A DNA stretch of 64,000 nt from an uncultured Candidatus Rokubacteria bacterium. Its GTDB lineage: Bacteria > Methylomirabilota > Methylomirabilia > Rokubacteriales > DASRDR01. The DNA lies in the NCBI GenBank assembly GCA_963826115.1, contig CAWGVS010000005.1, positions 448,001-512,000 on the forward strand, in the 5' to 3' direction. Of the stretch, positions 29,962 through 40,007 are shown in pieces. Numbering within the stretch: position 1 is the stretch's first letter; every line of letters begins with the position of its first letter. Under the pieces are notes generated by a model. The model was not told the origin of the DNA. It searched no databases and was given only the letters and a program-made list of their open reading frames with translations. A program made the position numbers and the translations under genes.

Positions 29962-30903
29962 GTGCCCCTGCTGCGCTACGCGCTTCGGCGCATCGGGCAG
30001 ACGCTGCCCGTGGCGCTCCTGGTCACGGTCCTGATCTTCTTCCTGATCAAGCTGATCCCCGGGGATCCCGCGACGGCGATCCTCGGGGAGCGCGCGAGCG
30101 ACGCGGCGGTCCAGGCCCTACGGACGCAGTGGGGCCTGGACCGGCCGCTTCCGGTGCAGTACGCGGTCTACATGCGGAACCTCCTGACCGGGGATTTGGG
30201 GCAATCGCTCCGGTATCGGACGCCCGTCATCGACCTGCTCCCTCGCCGGGCGATGGTGACGTTCTTCCTGATCGTCTACAGCACGCTCCTCTCGCTGGTC
30301 ATCGCGGTGCCCCTGGCGATCGCGGCGGCCACGCGCCGGGACCGCTGGCCGGACCAGCTGGTCCGGGGCCTCATCACGATTCCCCTCGCGTCGCCCGTGT
30401 TCTGGATCGGCATCCTGCTGCTCATCCTGTTCTCCCTGACCCTGGGGTGGTTCCCCGCGTCGGGATACGGCGAGGGATTCGTGGGCCACCTGCGGCACCT
30501 CTTCCTGCCGGCCCTGACGCTCTCCGGCTTCTTCACGGCCGTGGTCACCCGGAATCTCCGCTCGGCGCTGATCGACGTGCAGACCACCGCGTACATCGAC
30601 TTCGCCCGCGCGAAGGGGCTCGACCGGCGCAGCGTGTTGTTTCACCACGTCCTGCGTGCGGCCCTCCTGCCGATCGTGACGCTGATTGGCGTGCGGCTGT
30701 CCTACGCCATCGGCGGCTCGGTCGTCGTGGAGACGGTCTTCGCGCTCCCGGGCCTGGGGTCGTGGATGATCGAGTCGATCTTTGCCCGCGACTACATGGT
30801 CGTTCAGACCCTGACCGTGGCGTTCGCGTTCGGCGTGATGCTGATCAATCTCGCCACCGACCTGATCTACCCGCTGTTCGACCCGCGCGTCCGGATCGGG
30901 TGA
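29962..30903 (+). CDS. DppB/OppB-type permease
   Basis: LIPGDPA, GLDRPL, ARAKGL, VETVFALPGLG, DPRVR. Confidence 0.93.
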   Translation: MPLLRYALRRIGQTLPVALLVTVLIFFLIKLIPGDPATAILGERASDAAVQALRTQWGLDRPLPVQYAVYMRNLLTGDLGQSLRYRTPVIDLLPRRAMVTFFLIVYSTLLSLVIAVPLAIAAATRRDRWPDQLVRGLITIPLASPVFWIGILLLILFSLTLGWFPASGYGEGFVGHLRHLFLPALTLSGFFTAVVTRNLRSALIDVQTTAYIDFARAKGLDRRSVLFHHVLRAALLPIVTLIGVRLSYAIGGSVVVETVFALPGLGSWMIESIFARDYMVVQTLTVAFAFGVMLINLATDLIYPLFDPRVRIG

Positions 30904-31754
30904 TGAACGCCGTTGCCGCCGACCTCGCAGGCGCGACACGGGTCCGGCCGCGGCTCCATCGCGGCCTGACGATCGGCGGGACGATGCTGTTGCTCCTGGT
31001 GGCGGTGTCCGTCATCGGACCGCGGGTGAGCCCGTACCACCCCTTCGAGCACGACTTCGACCAGCTCCTGCAGGCGCCGAGCGCCGCGCACCCCTTTGGC
31101 ACCGACAATTTCGGCCGGGACGTGCTCACCCGCGTGCTGGTCGGCGGGGCCATCGTCCTGCGGATCGGCGTCCTCGCCACCCTGTTCCCCTTCGTGTTCG
31201 GGTCGCTGCTGGGCGCGGCCGCGGGCTACTACGGGGGCTGGGTGGACAGCGTCCTCATGCGGACCGTGGACGTGGTGACGGCCATTCCCTTCTTCGTGCT
31301 GGTCGTCGCGATCCTGGCCTTCCTGGGCCCGGGCGAGTTCAACATCTTCGTCGCGATCGGGGCGACCCAGTGGGTCTACTACTCCCGGCTCGTGCGGGGC
31401 GAGGTGCTGCGGGAGCGGAGCCTCGACTACGTCGCGGCCGGGCGCGCGCTCGGCTATCCGCGCCGGCGCATCCTGCTGGGGCACATCCTTCCCAATGCGC
31501 TGCCGCCGGCCATCATCTTCCTGACGTCGGACGTCGTCCTGATCATCCTGACGACGGCGTCGCTCGGTTTCCTGGGGCTAGGCGTGAGGCCGCCGGCCCC
31601 GGAGTGGGGAATGATGATGTCCGAGGGGCGGGAGTTCCTCAGCACCGGCTGGTGGGTGGCCACCATGCCCGGGTTCGCGTGCCTGTACGCCGGCCTGGCC
31701 TTCATCCTCCTGGGGGACGGCGTGGCCGATCTGCTCCGCGTCAAGGGACAGTGA
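30903..31754 (+). CDS. DppC/OppC-type permease
   Basis: HPFGTDNFGRD, HILPN, LGFLGLG..PP.PEWG. Confidence 0.93.
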   Translation: MNAVAADLAGATRVRPRLHRGLTIGGTMLLLLVAVSVIGPRVSPYHPFEHDFDQLLQAPSAAHPFGTDNFGRDVLTRVLVGGAIVLRIGVLATLFPFVFGSLLGAAAGYYGGWVDSVLMRTVDVVTAIPFFVLVVAILAFLGPGEFNIFVAIGATQWVYYSRLVRGEVLRERSLDYVAAGRALGYPRRRILLGHILPNALPPAIIFLTSDVVLIILTTASLGFLGLGVRPPAPEWGMMMSEGREFLSTGWWVATMPGFACLYAGLAFILLGDGVADLLRVKGQ

Positions 31755-32764
31755 GCAGGCCCGAGCTGCTGAGGGCGACCGGGCAGCGCGCGGTAACCGA
31801 GCCCCTCCTGGCCGTCGAGGGCCTCCGGGTCGAGATTCCCACGCGGCGGGGGATCGTGCGGGCGGTCCGCGGCGTCAGCTTCGGGGTGCGGCCCGGAGAG
31901 ACGTTCGCGCTGGTGGGGGAGTCCGGCTCGGGCAAGACCATGACCTGCCGCGCGATCGTGCGGCTCGTCCACCCGCCGGGGCGCATCACCGCCGGCCGCG
32001 TCCTCTTCGAGGGCCGCGACCTGGCGCCGCTCTCCGAGCGGGAGCTGGAGCACGTTCGCGGCCACGGCATCGTCATGGTGTTCCAGGACCCCATGACCGC
32101 GCTCAACCCGGTGCTGAGCGTCGAGCGGCAGGTCGTCGAGGCCCTGCCCACTGGCCGGGGCCAGGAGTCGTCTCGCGCCCGGGCGGTGGGGTTACTCCGC
32201 CACGTCGGCATCCCGGATCCGGAGCGCCGGCTCGCCGCCTACCCCCACGAGCTCTCGGGCGGTCAGCGCCAGCGGGTGATGCTCGCCATCGCGCTGGCGC
32301 GGCAGCCGAAGCTCCTCCTGGCCGACGAGCCCACGACCGCGCTGGACGTGACGATCCAGGCCCAGATCCTGCGGCTGCTCGTGACACTCCAGCGGGAGCT
32401 CGGCATGGCGCTGATCCTGGTCACCCACGACCTGGGGGTCGTCTACCAGGCCGCCGACCGGGTGGCGGTGATGTATGCGGGGGAGATCGTGGAGCTCGCG
32501 ACGGCCGCGGACCTGTTCGCCCGGCCGAGCCACCCGTACACGATCGGGCTCATCCGGTCCGTGCCGAGCCTCGATCGCCAGCGCCGCCTGGTGCCGATCC
32601 CGGGAACACCGCCCGATCTCGCCGCCATCGGCCAGGGGTGTCCGTTCGCGCCGCGCTGCGCGTGGGTGGCTCCCGAGTGTCTCACCGGTGACGTGCCGCT
32701 CGTGGCCGTGGGTGCCGACCACTTCAGCCGATGCCTTCGCGTCGACCATCTGAGCTCGCCCTGA
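31751..32764 (+). CDS. DppD-type ABC ATPase
   Basis: [35 protein letters not shown]-terminal GCPFAPRC. Confidence 0.93.
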   Translation: MSRPELLRATGQRAVTEPLLAVEGLRVEIPTRRGIVRAVRGVSFGVRPGETFALVGESGSGKTMTCRAIVRLVHPPGRITAGRVLFEGRDLAPLSERELEHVRGHGIVMVFQDPMTALNPVLSVERQVVEALPTGRGQESSRARAVGLLRHVGIPDPERRLAAYPHELSGGQRQRVMLAIALARQPKLLLADEPTTALDVTIQAQILRLLVTLQRELGMALILVTHDLGVVYQAADRVAVMYAGEIVELATAADLFARPSHPYTIGLIRSVPSLDRQRRLVPIPGTPPDLAAIGQGCPFAPRCAWVAPECLTGDVPLVAVGADHFSRCLRVDHLSSP

Positions 32765-32778
32765 CCGGGCCTGGGGGG

Positions 32779-33822
32779 ATGGGCGAGGCGGCGCCGTCCA
32801 GGCCCCTGCTGGAGGTGCGGGGCCTGGTCAAGCATTTTCCCCTGGCGCACACCCTACTGGACGTCCTCCTGCGCCGGACGCCCGAACACGTGCGCGCTGT
32901 CGATGGCGTGTCGTTCACCCTTGACCGCGGGCGAACCCTCGGCCTGGTCGGGGAGTCCGGGTGCGGCAAGAGCACGCTCGGGCGGTGCCTCCTACGGCTC
33001 CACGACGCCGACCGGGGCGCGGTGCTGTTCGACGACGTCGACCTGATGAAGCTCACCGAGAGCGAGCTCGCGCCCTACCGCAAGCGGATACAGGTCGTGT
33101 TCCAGGACCCGTACGCGTCGCTGAACCCGCGCCAGCGGGTCGATCGGATGCTCCGGGAGGTGCTCGACGTCCACGAGATCGGCCCGCCCTCGGCGCGACC
33201 GCGGCGGATCGACGAGCTGCTCGTCCAGGTGGGGCTGAGCCCCGCCGACGGCCACAAGTATCCGGGCGAGTTCTCGGGCGGCCAGCGCCAGCGCGTCGGC
33301 ATCGCGCGGGCCCTCGCCGTCGAGCCGGAGCTCCTGATCGCCGACGAGCCCCTGTCGGCGCTCGACGTCTCGATCCAGGCCCAGATCCTCCAGCTCCTCC
33401 TCGACCTGCGCGCGTCGCTCGGGCTGACGATGATCTTCATCTCGCACGACCTGCGGGTCGTCCGGTACCTGAGCGACGAGGTCGCCGTGATGTACCTGGG
33501 CACGATCGTGGAGCACGCGCCGACCGTCGAGCTCTTCGCCCGGCCCCAGCACCCGTACACGATGGCGCTCCTGTCGGCGGTGCCGGAGGTGGGCGGCGTC
33601 CGGCGGGAGCCGGCGCCGATCGAAGGCGAGCCGCCGAGCGCCGTGCGGATCCCGTCGGGGTGCCGGTTCCATCCGCGATGCCCGATCCGCGTGGCGCGGT
33701 GCGACGCGGAGTCGCCCGCGCTGGCGCCGCTCCAGCCCGGCCATCTCGTGGCGTGCCACGTCGCGGCGGAGCGCGCGGGGGTGCCGGCGGTCGCCGGAAG
33801 GGGAGACGCGACGAGAGCTTGA
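32779..33822 (+). CDS. DppF-type ABC ATPase
   Basis: GESGCGKS, FQDPYASLNP, FSGGQRQR, GCRFHPRC. Confidence 0.93.
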   Translation: MGEAAPSRPLLEVRGLVKHFPLAHTLLDVLLRRTPEHVRAVDGVSFTLDRGRTLGLVGESGCGKSTLGRCLLRLHDADRGAVLFDDVDLMKLTESELAPYRKRIQVVFQDPYASLNPRQRVDRMLREVLDVHEIGPPSARPRRIDELLVQVGLSPADGHKYPGEFSGGQRQRVGIARALAVEPELLIADEPLSALDVSIQAQILQLLLDLRASLGLTMIFISHDLRVVRYLSDEVAVMYLGTIVEHAPTVELFARPQHPYTMALLSAVPEVGGVRREPAPIEGEPPSAVRIPSGCRFHPRCPIRVARCDAESPALAPLQPGHLVACHVAAERAGVPAVAGRGDATRA

Positions 33823-33869
33823 CACCGCGTCCGCGCCCTACCCAAGATGCCTCCAACCAGGAGGAGAGG

Positions 33870-35366
33870 ATGCCTACGCTCGACCCCGAAGAGCTCGCGC
33901 AGCTCCTGCCCGCCGAGACGGCGGCCTTCCCGTCGCCCATCCCGACCCAGTTCGTATCCAGCGACGAGTTCATGCCGCTGCCCCAGACCCGGAGGCAGCG
34001 AGAGGTCGAGGCCCGCATCCAGGAGCTTGGCGACTCGCTCGCGAAGCGCCAGGGCCTGAGCCGCCGCCGGTTCTTCCAGACCGCCGCGGGCATGGCCGCG
34101 GCGTTCGTCGCGATGAACGAGGTCTACGGCTCCGTGTTCGGGGTCAGCCCGGCCGAGGCCCAGACGCCGGAGATGGCCGACGCGCGCGCCAAGGCGCTGG
34201 CCGACCAGTTCATCATGGACATGCACACCCACTTCCTGCGCGACGACACGCGGCTCGAGGGATTCGTCCGGTCGCGGGAGGCGGTGGGCAAGGCCGGGTG
34301 GAACCCGGCGCTGGCGGGGAAGCCGCAGACCATCGAGGACCTCAAGTTCGCCAACTACTTCAAGGAGATCTACTTCGACAGCGACACGAAGGTGGCGCTG
34401 ATCTCGGGGTCGGGCTCCGAGGAGCCGCGTGACTGGTTCCTCACCAACGAGATGAAGGCCGACGCCCGCGGTCGGGTGAACCGGCTCACCGGGTCGAAGC
34501 GGCTCATGTCCCACGCGATCTTCATGCCGGGCATGCCGGGGTGGCTCGAGTCGGTGGACCGGGCGATCGCGGAGCTCAAGCCGGATTCCTTCAAGGGCTA
34601 CACGGTCGGCGACAACACGAACAAGCAGCTCTCCCGGCACCCGTGGCGGATGGACGACGAGAAGCTCCTCTACCCCTTCTACGAGCGGCTCGCCAAGGCC
34701 GGGCTGGTCAACGTGTGCGTCCACAAGGGGCTCTATCCCCCGTCGACGACCAAGCAGTTCCCGAACCTCCTCGAGTACGCGGACGTCCGCGACGTCGGCA
34801 AGGCGGCCAAGGACTGGCCCCAGCTCAACTTCGTGATCTACCACTCGGCGTTCCGCTTCACCGGCGGCGCGCAGGGGGACGCGTGGGCGCAGTTCGAGCA
34901 GACGGGGCGCATCGACTGGGTGACGGACCTGGCCGACATCCCCGCGAAATACGGCGTGAGCAACGTCTACGGGGACCTGGGCCAGATCTTCGCCCAGAGC
35001 ACGGTCTCGGAGCCCCGCCTCTGCGCCGCGATGATGGGGCAGCTCGTGAAGGGGCTCGGCGCGGACCACGTGGTGTGGGGCACCGACGCGATCTGGACCG
35101 GCTCGCCCCAGTGGCAGATCGAGGCGCTCCGCCGCCTGGAGATCCCCGAGGACATGCAGCGGAAGCACGGCTTCGCGCCGCTCGGCCCGGCCGACGGTCC
35201 CGTGAAGCGCGCGATCTTCGGCGAGAACTCCGCCAAGCTGTACGCGTACGATCGGCGTGCGGAGCTCGCGACCGACCGCATCGCGGTGGCCCGGGCGACG
35301 TACGAGCGCGAGGGGCCCGGCCGGACGAACCTCCGGTACGGTTACGTCACGCCGCCGGTCGGGTGA
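33870..35366 (+). CDS. Amidohydrolase_2 family metal-dependent hydrolase
   Basis: DMHTH, VHKG, IYHSA, WGTD; SD aggaggag. Confidence 0.88.
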   Translation: MPTLDPEELAQLLPAETAAFPSPIPTQFVSSDEFMPLPQTRRQREVEARIQELGDSLAKRQGLSRRRFFQTAAGMAAAFVAMNEVYGSVFGVSPAEAQTPEMADARAKALADQFIMDMHTHFLRDDTRLEGFVRSREAVGKAGWNPALAGKPQTIEDLKFANYFKEIYFDSDTKVALISGSGSEEPRDWFLTNEMKADARGRVNRLTGSKRLMSHAIFMPGMPGWLESVDRAIAELKPDSFKGYTVGDNTNKQLSRHPWRMDDEKLLYPFYERLAKAGLVNVCVHKGLYPPSTTKQFPNLLEYADVRDVGKAAKDWPQLNFVIYHSAFRFTGGAQGDAWAQFEQTGRIDWVTDLADIPAKYGVSNVYGDLGQIFAQSTVSEPRLCAAMMGQLVKGLGADHVVWGTDAIWTGSPQWQIEALRRLEIPEDMQRKHGFAPLGPADGPVKRAIFGENSAKLYAYDRRAELATDRIAVARATYEREGPGRTNLRYGYVTPPVG

Positions 35367-35399
35367 TCGGGAGGCGACGCGCTCGCCGGAGGGCGCGGC

Positions 35400-35864
35400 C
35401 TAGAGCGCGGCGATCGCGGGTGTACCGCGCGGGCTCTCGGGCAGCCGGAGCGCGTCCACGAGGTCCGTCAGCTCGCGGAGGCTGATCGGCTTCCCGAGGA
35501 TTCCCGTGACGTCGAGCGCCAGCGCCTCGTGGCCCGGGGTGGGGTCCTCGTCGGCGCTCAGCACGATGACGGCGATGCTGGGCCGGTACGCGCGGGCGAT
35601 CCGAACGACGTCCCAGCCTCCGAGGTCGACGCCGTGCACCGACGGGAGGTCGAGGTCGACCACGGCGATGTCGAACGACTGCGCACGCAGCGCGACGATC
35701 GCCTGCCACGCGTCGGTGGCGGAATCCACGGCGTGACCTTCGCGGCGAAGCGCCGCGCTCAGGCCCTCCCGGCTCGGGTGGTCGTCGTCCACGACGAGGA
35801 TGCGGCGCGCCAGCCGCCCCGCGGCGGTCGCCTCTGTCGAGCTCGCGGTCATTGTCCTGGCCAT
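35400..35864 (-). CDS. Single-domain response regulator
   Basis: ILVVDDD, AVVDLDLP, VLSA, GKP. Confidence 0.85.
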   Translation of the reverse strand: MARTMTASSTEATAAGRLARRILVVDDDHPSREGLSAALRREGHAVDSATDAWQAIVALRAQSFDIAVVDLDLPSVHGVDLGGWDVVRIARAYRPSIAVIVLSADEDPTPGHEALALDVTGILGKPISLRELTDLVDALRLPESPRGTPAIAAL

Positions 35865-35893
35865 GGGTGGGGATCTCCTCGTGAATGGTCCAG

Positions 35894-35908
35894 GCAACCG
35901 TCGTGCCA
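35894..35908 (-). promoter_or_regulatory. sigma54 promoter motif of the response regulator
   Basis: Minus strand TGGCAC-GACGG-TTGC about 30 bp upstream of ATG. Confidence 0.7.
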
Positions 35909-36043
35909 GGCGGGTGGGCTCCGCAAGGCCGCGCCATTCCGATCGCTTCTCCCGGCATTCCCCGGTCGTCCGGGCCGGTAACGCTTACCCGACGGAAGAG
36001 GCGGCGGTGTAAGGTCTACACGCCCCGACCGAGCGGCCCGTCA

Positions 36044-36072
36044 TTGACACGTCGAGCGGCGCGGGCTACAAG
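36044..36072 (+). promoter_or_regulatory. Possible sigma70 promoter for murQ
   Basis: TTGACA-N17-TACAAG (imperfect -10). Confidence 0.4.
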
Positions 36073-36082
36073 GAGACCCGTC

Positions 36083-37030
36083 GTGTCGCCTCTCCGTCGC
36101 CGCACGATTCCCGGTCGCTCGCCACGCTACGCGACCCTCCCCACCGAGCGGGTGAACCCGCGCCTCCGGACGCTCGATCGTCTCCCCACGGAGGACCTCG
36201 TGCGCACGATCACGCGCGAGGACGGCCGGGCGGCCGCCAGCGTGTCGCGGGTCCGGCGCCCGCTCGCGCGGGCCGTCGACCTCGTGGCCCGCTCGCTCGG
36301 GTCGGGCGGGCGCCTCGTGTACGCGGGCGCGGGGACCAGCGGACGCCTCGGCGTCCTGGACGCCTCGGAATGCCCGCCGACGTTCGGCGTGTCACCCGGA
36401 CGGGTGGTCGGCGTGATCGCCGGCGGCCGCCGCGCGCTGTGGCGGGCGGTCGAGGGCGCCGAGGACCGCGGGGCGGACGCGCGCCGGGCGCTCCGCCGCC
36501 TCCGGGTGGGCCCGCGCGACGTCGTCTGCGGCATCTGCGCGAGCGGGGTGACGCCGTTCGCCCTGGCGGCGCTGGAGGAGGCGCGGCGCCGCGGGGCGCG
36601 GACCGTCGCGGTCACCTGCGCCCCATCGGCCGCGCTGCGTGCCCTCGCCGACGTCGTCGTCGCTCCGCAGCCGGGCCCCGAGGTCCTCGCCGGCTCGACA
36701 CGGATGAAAGCGGGGCTTGCGACCAAGATGGTGCTCCACACGCTGACGACGGCGGCGATGGTGAGGCTCGGTAAGGTCTACGGCAACCTCATGGTGGATC
36801 TCCGGCCCTCGAGCCGGAAGCTGCGCGCCCGGGCGCTCCGCATCATCGGGGAGCTCACGGGGCTCCCGCCGGTCGCCGCGCGGGCCCTGGCCCGGCGGGC
36901 GGGCGGGCGGCCCAGCGTGGCCCTGGTCATGCACCGGCTCGGGCTTGACGCCGCCCGGGCCCGGCGCCGGCTCGCGGCCCACGGCGACAACCTTCGCGCG
37001 GCGCTCGGGGAGGCTTCCGATGAGCGATGA
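36083..37030 (+). CDS. murQ: N-acetylmuramic acid 6-phosphate etherase
   Basis: GAGTSGRLGVLDASECPPTFG, EGAED, GPEVLAGSTRMKAG, GKVYGNLMVD. Confidence 0.96.
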   Translation: MSPLRRRTIPGRSPRYATLPTERVNPRLRTLDRLPTEDLVRTITREDGRAAASVSRVRRPLARAVDLVARSLGSGGRLVYAGAGTSGRLGVLDASECPPTFGVSPGRVVGVIAGGRRALWRAVEGAEDRGADARRALRRLRVGPRDVVCGICASGVTPFALAALEEARRRGARTVAVTCAPSAALRALADVVVAPQPGPEVLAGSTRMKAGLATKMVLHTLTTAAMVRLGKVYGNLMVDLRPSSRKLRARALRIIGELTGLPPVAARALARRAGGRPSVALVMHRLGLDAARARRRLAAHGDNLRAALGEASDER

Positions 37031-38183
37031 CCCGCTGGCGCGCCTCCTCGCGCTCCGGTCCGTGAGCCCGCGCCGCGTGGTCGGCCTCATCTCGGGCACG
37101 AGCGCCGATGGGATCGACGCTGCGCTCGTCGAGATCGAGGGCGCCGGGGAGACCACGCGGGCGCGGCTCCTCGGCTTCCGAAGCCGGCCATTCGCACCGG
37201 AGCTCCGCGTCCGGATCCTCGGGCTCAAGGACGCGCGGGCGGACGAGCTCCTGCGGGTCCACTACCAGCTGGGCGAGGAGTTCGCCGAGGCGGCTCTCGA
37301 GATGATGGCAGAGGCGCGGCGCGACGGCCTGCCGGTGCATCTGATCGGATCGCACGGCCAGACCGCGCGGCACCATCCGCGGGCGGAAGGTCGAGGCGGC
37401 CGCGCGGAGACGCTCCAGATCGCCGAGCCTTCGATCATCGCGGAGCGCACCGGGCGCCCCGTGGTGGCGGACTTCCGTCCGGCGGACATCGCCGCCGGCG
37501 GCGAGGGGGCCCCGCTCGTGCCCCTGGTGGACTGGCTCCTGTTTCGACGCCCCGGGGCCACGCGGGCCTGCCTCAACATGGGCGGCATCTCGAACGTCAC
37601 GGTCGTGACCGACCGGCTCGACGGCGTGCGGGCCTTCGACCTCGGGCCGGCGAACATGCCCCTCGACCTCGTCGTCCATGCCTGGACCGGAGAGACCTAC
37701 GACCGGGACGGCGGGCGCGCCGCCGCCGGGCGGGTCGACGAGGCTCTCGTGGCCGAGCTACTCCGGCACCCGTACTTCGAGCTGTCGCCGCCGAAGTCGA
37801 CCGGTCGCGAGGCGTTCGGTGACGTCTTTGTGCGGCCGCTCCTCGCCCGCTACGCGGGGCGCGAGGGCGACCTCCTGGCCACCCTGACCCGGTTCGTCGC
37901 GGAGTCCGTCGCGGCCGGCATCCACCGGTGGATCCGCGAGCCCGTCGCGGAGGTGCTGGTCTCGGGCGGCGGCGCGAGGAATTCCACCCTCATGGCGGCG
38001 CTCGGGCGGGCGCTCGCGCCGGTTCCCGTGCGGTCACTCGCCGAGGTTGGCCTCGACCCCGACGCGAAGGAGGCGGTGGCGTTCGCAGTCCTTGCGAACG
38101 AGACGCTTTTCGGTCGTCCGGGCAACGTGCCGGGCGCGACCGGCGCTGCCGGCCCTCGCGTGCTGGGGAAGCTGGTCCTCTGA
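37020..38183 (+). CDS. anmK: Anhydro-N-acetylmuramic acid kinase
   Basis: SGTSADGID, GSHGQT, DFR..D.AAGGEGAPLVP, PKSTGRE, GGGARN. Confidence 0.96.
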   Translation: MSDDPLARLLALRSVSPRRVVGLISGTSADGIDAALVEIEGAGETTRARLLGFRSRPFAPELRVRILGLKDARADELLRVHYQLGEEFAEAALEMMAEARRDGLPVHLIGSHGQTARHHPRAEGRGGRAETLQIAEPSIIAERTGRPVVADFRPADIAAGGEGAPLVPLVDWLLFRRPGATRACLNMGGISNVTVVTDRLDGVRAFDLGPANMPLDLVVHAWTGETYDRDGGRAAAGRVDEALVAELLRHPYFELSPPKSTGREAFGDVFVRPLLARYAGREGDLLATLTRFVAESVAAGIHRWIREPVAEVLVSGGGARNSTLMAALGRALAPVPVRSLAEVGLDPDAKEAVAFAVLANETLFGRPGNVPGATGAAGPRVLGKLVL

Positions 38184-38208
38184 CCGGGGCGGGCCCCGCG
38201 CCGGGGCG

Positions 38209-38586
38209 CTAGAGTCCCGGGAAGAGCGGCGGCTGCTCCGGGCCAGTGCGCGGCCGCGCCGCGCGCCGGGCCGGCGGGGCCTTTTCCCGTGGGGCGGCGG
38301 CCAGCCGGCGGCGCCCCGCCTTGGCCCTCGCCGCGGGCGACCATCCCTTCTGCCGCGCGATCTTCTCTCCCTGCTTGATGACGAGCATGTCGACGATGCG
38401 CGCCAGCGGATGGTGGATCAGGGTCAGGTACTTGAGCCAGTACCGCGGCGTGAACGCGAGCGTCCGCATCTCGTCGAGGGCGAGCGCGAGGGCCGTGCGG
38501 TCTCCCTTGCGCGAGGCGATACGGAGGTTTTCGAGGACGCGCGTCTGGCTCGTCGTGCGGCGGCCTCGCGAGCCTTCCGAGCTCAC
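38209..38586 (-). CDS. Hypothetical basic protein
   Basis: Fills intergenic space; non-shadow core (PRYWLKYLTLIHHPLARIVDM). Confidence 0.6.
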   Translation of the reverse strand: MSSEGSRGRRTTSQTRVLENLRIASRKGDRTALALALDEMRTLAFTPRYWLKYLTLIHHPLARIVDMLVIKQGEKIARQKGWSPAARAKAGRRRLAAAPREKAPPARRAARPRTGPEQPPLFPGL

Positions 38587-38632
38587 CGCGCGGCTCCGCC
38601 GGGGTCGACCGGCCGGGCCGAGCCTCGGGCGC

Positions 38633-38827
38633 TCACGACCGCTCCCGTCGCGAGCCGTGGTAGATGCGCCAGCCCGCGGGGATGACGAGGCCGAGCGCGG
38701 CCGCCGTTCCGATCACCTGCTTCCAGCCGAAGCCCGGAAAGGCACCGAGGCCAAGCAGGTCGGCCGTGAGCGAGACGACGCCCAGCAGCGTTCCGGCGAC
38801 GAGGACGGTCCAGTCGCGCCCGAGCAT
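38633..38827 (-). CDS. Small two-TM membrane protein
   Basis: MLGRDW...ADLLGLG..PGFGWKQ, two hydrophobic helices. Confidence 0.6.
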   Translation of the reverse strand: MLGRDWTVLVAGTLLGVVSLTADLLGLGAFPGFGWKQVIGTAAALGLVIPAGWRIYHGSRRERS

Positions 38828-39006
38828 TCCGCGGGCGGATTGTAGCACGCGACGCCGTGGCCGCCCGGACGCCCCGACGGTTTGGCCGGTCGCGGCCGCC
38901 GTTGTAGACTGGCCGCGATCGCGCGCCGGAATGGCGCGCCCGGCGCGTCCGTCCGGTGGCGGTGCACGCATGAGCGCGGCGAGAGCACCGCGCAGGGGAT
39001 CGAGAC

Positions 39007-39912
39007 ATGAAGGCCATCGCGTTCATCGGGCTGGGCAACATGGGGCTCCCCATGGTGGCGAACCTGATCAAGGCGGGTCACCGGGTCCACGCCGCGGACG
39101 TCCGGCGGGAGGCCGTCGAGGCGGCGGTCGGCCACGGGGCGCTCGCCGCGGGGTCCGCCGCGGAGGCCGCCGGGCGGGCCGAGGTGGTCGTCACGATGGT
39201 GCCGAACTCGCCCGAGGTGGAGGCGGCCTATCTCGGACCCGGCGGCGTCCTCGAGGGCGCGCGATCCGGTCAGATTGCGATCGACATGAGCACGATCGAC
39301 CCCGCGACGACCCGGAAGGTCGGGACCCGGCTCGAGGCCAAGGGCGTGCGGATGCTGGACGCGCCGGTCTCCGGCGGGGTGCCGGGCGCGGTGGCGGGGA
39401 CGCTGACGATCATGGTCGGCGGGGACCCGGCGGTCTTCGCCGAGGCGCGGCCCATCCTCGGCGCCATGGGCAAGAACGTCGTCCACGTCGGGCCGCTCGG
39501 TTCGGGCGAGGTGGCCAAGATCTGCAACAACCTCCTCGCCGGCGTCAACATGATCGCGGCCGCCGAGGCGTTCACGATCGGCATCCGGGCCGGCGTGGAC
39601 CCCAAGGTCCTGCACGATGTCATCCGGACGAGCTCGGGCAACTGCTGGGCGCTCGAGCACAACTGCCCGGTGCCAGGCCTCGTGCCCAAGGCGGCGTCCA
39701 ACCGCGACTTCGCGGCGGGCTTCATGACGGACCTGATGGCCAAGGACCTGTCCCTGGCTCGGGCGGCAGCGCGCGACCTCGGGGTTCCGTGCTTCACGGG
39801 CGCCCTGGCCCACGATCTCTACATGCTGGCCAGCCGGCACGGTCTGGGGCGGAAGGATTTCTCCTCGGTCATCCAGCTCCTGACGGCCTCCGAGGATCCG
39901 GGCAACGGGTGA
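39007..39912 (+). CDS. mmsB: 3-hydroxyisobutyrate dehydrogenase
   Basis: FIGLGNMG, DAPVSGG, AKICNN, SSGNCWAL..NCPVPG, M.KDL. Confidence 0.9.
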   Translation: MKAIAFIGLGNMGLPMVANLIKAGHRVHAADVRREAVEAAVGHGALAAGSAAEAAGRAEVVVTMVPNSPEVEAAYLGPGGVLEGARSGQIAIDMSTIDPATTRKVGTRLEAKGVRMLDAPVSGGVPGAVAGTLTIMVGGDPAVFAEARPILGAMGKNVVHVGPLGSGEVAKICNNLLAGVNMIAAAEAFTIGIRAGVDPKVLHDVIRTSSGNCWALEHNCPVPGLVPKAASNRDFAAGFMTDLMAKDLSLARAAARDLGVPCFTGALAHDLYMLASRHGLGRKDFSSVIQLLTASEDPGNG

Positions 39913-39934
39913 CACGGCGGTTCCCACGGTGGGG

Positions 39935-39971
39935 TGGCCGCGTCCTTGCATCCCCCGGCATCTCGCTTGCA
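39935..39971 (+). promoter_or_regulatory. Two tandem sigma54-type motifs
   Basis: TGGC-CGCGTCC-TTGCA (39935-39950) and CGGC-ATCTCGC-TTGCA (39956-39971). Confidence 0.5.
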
Positions 39972-40007
39972 TCTTAAGGAGCGAGGACACTGGAGGGAGG
40001 ACGACCG

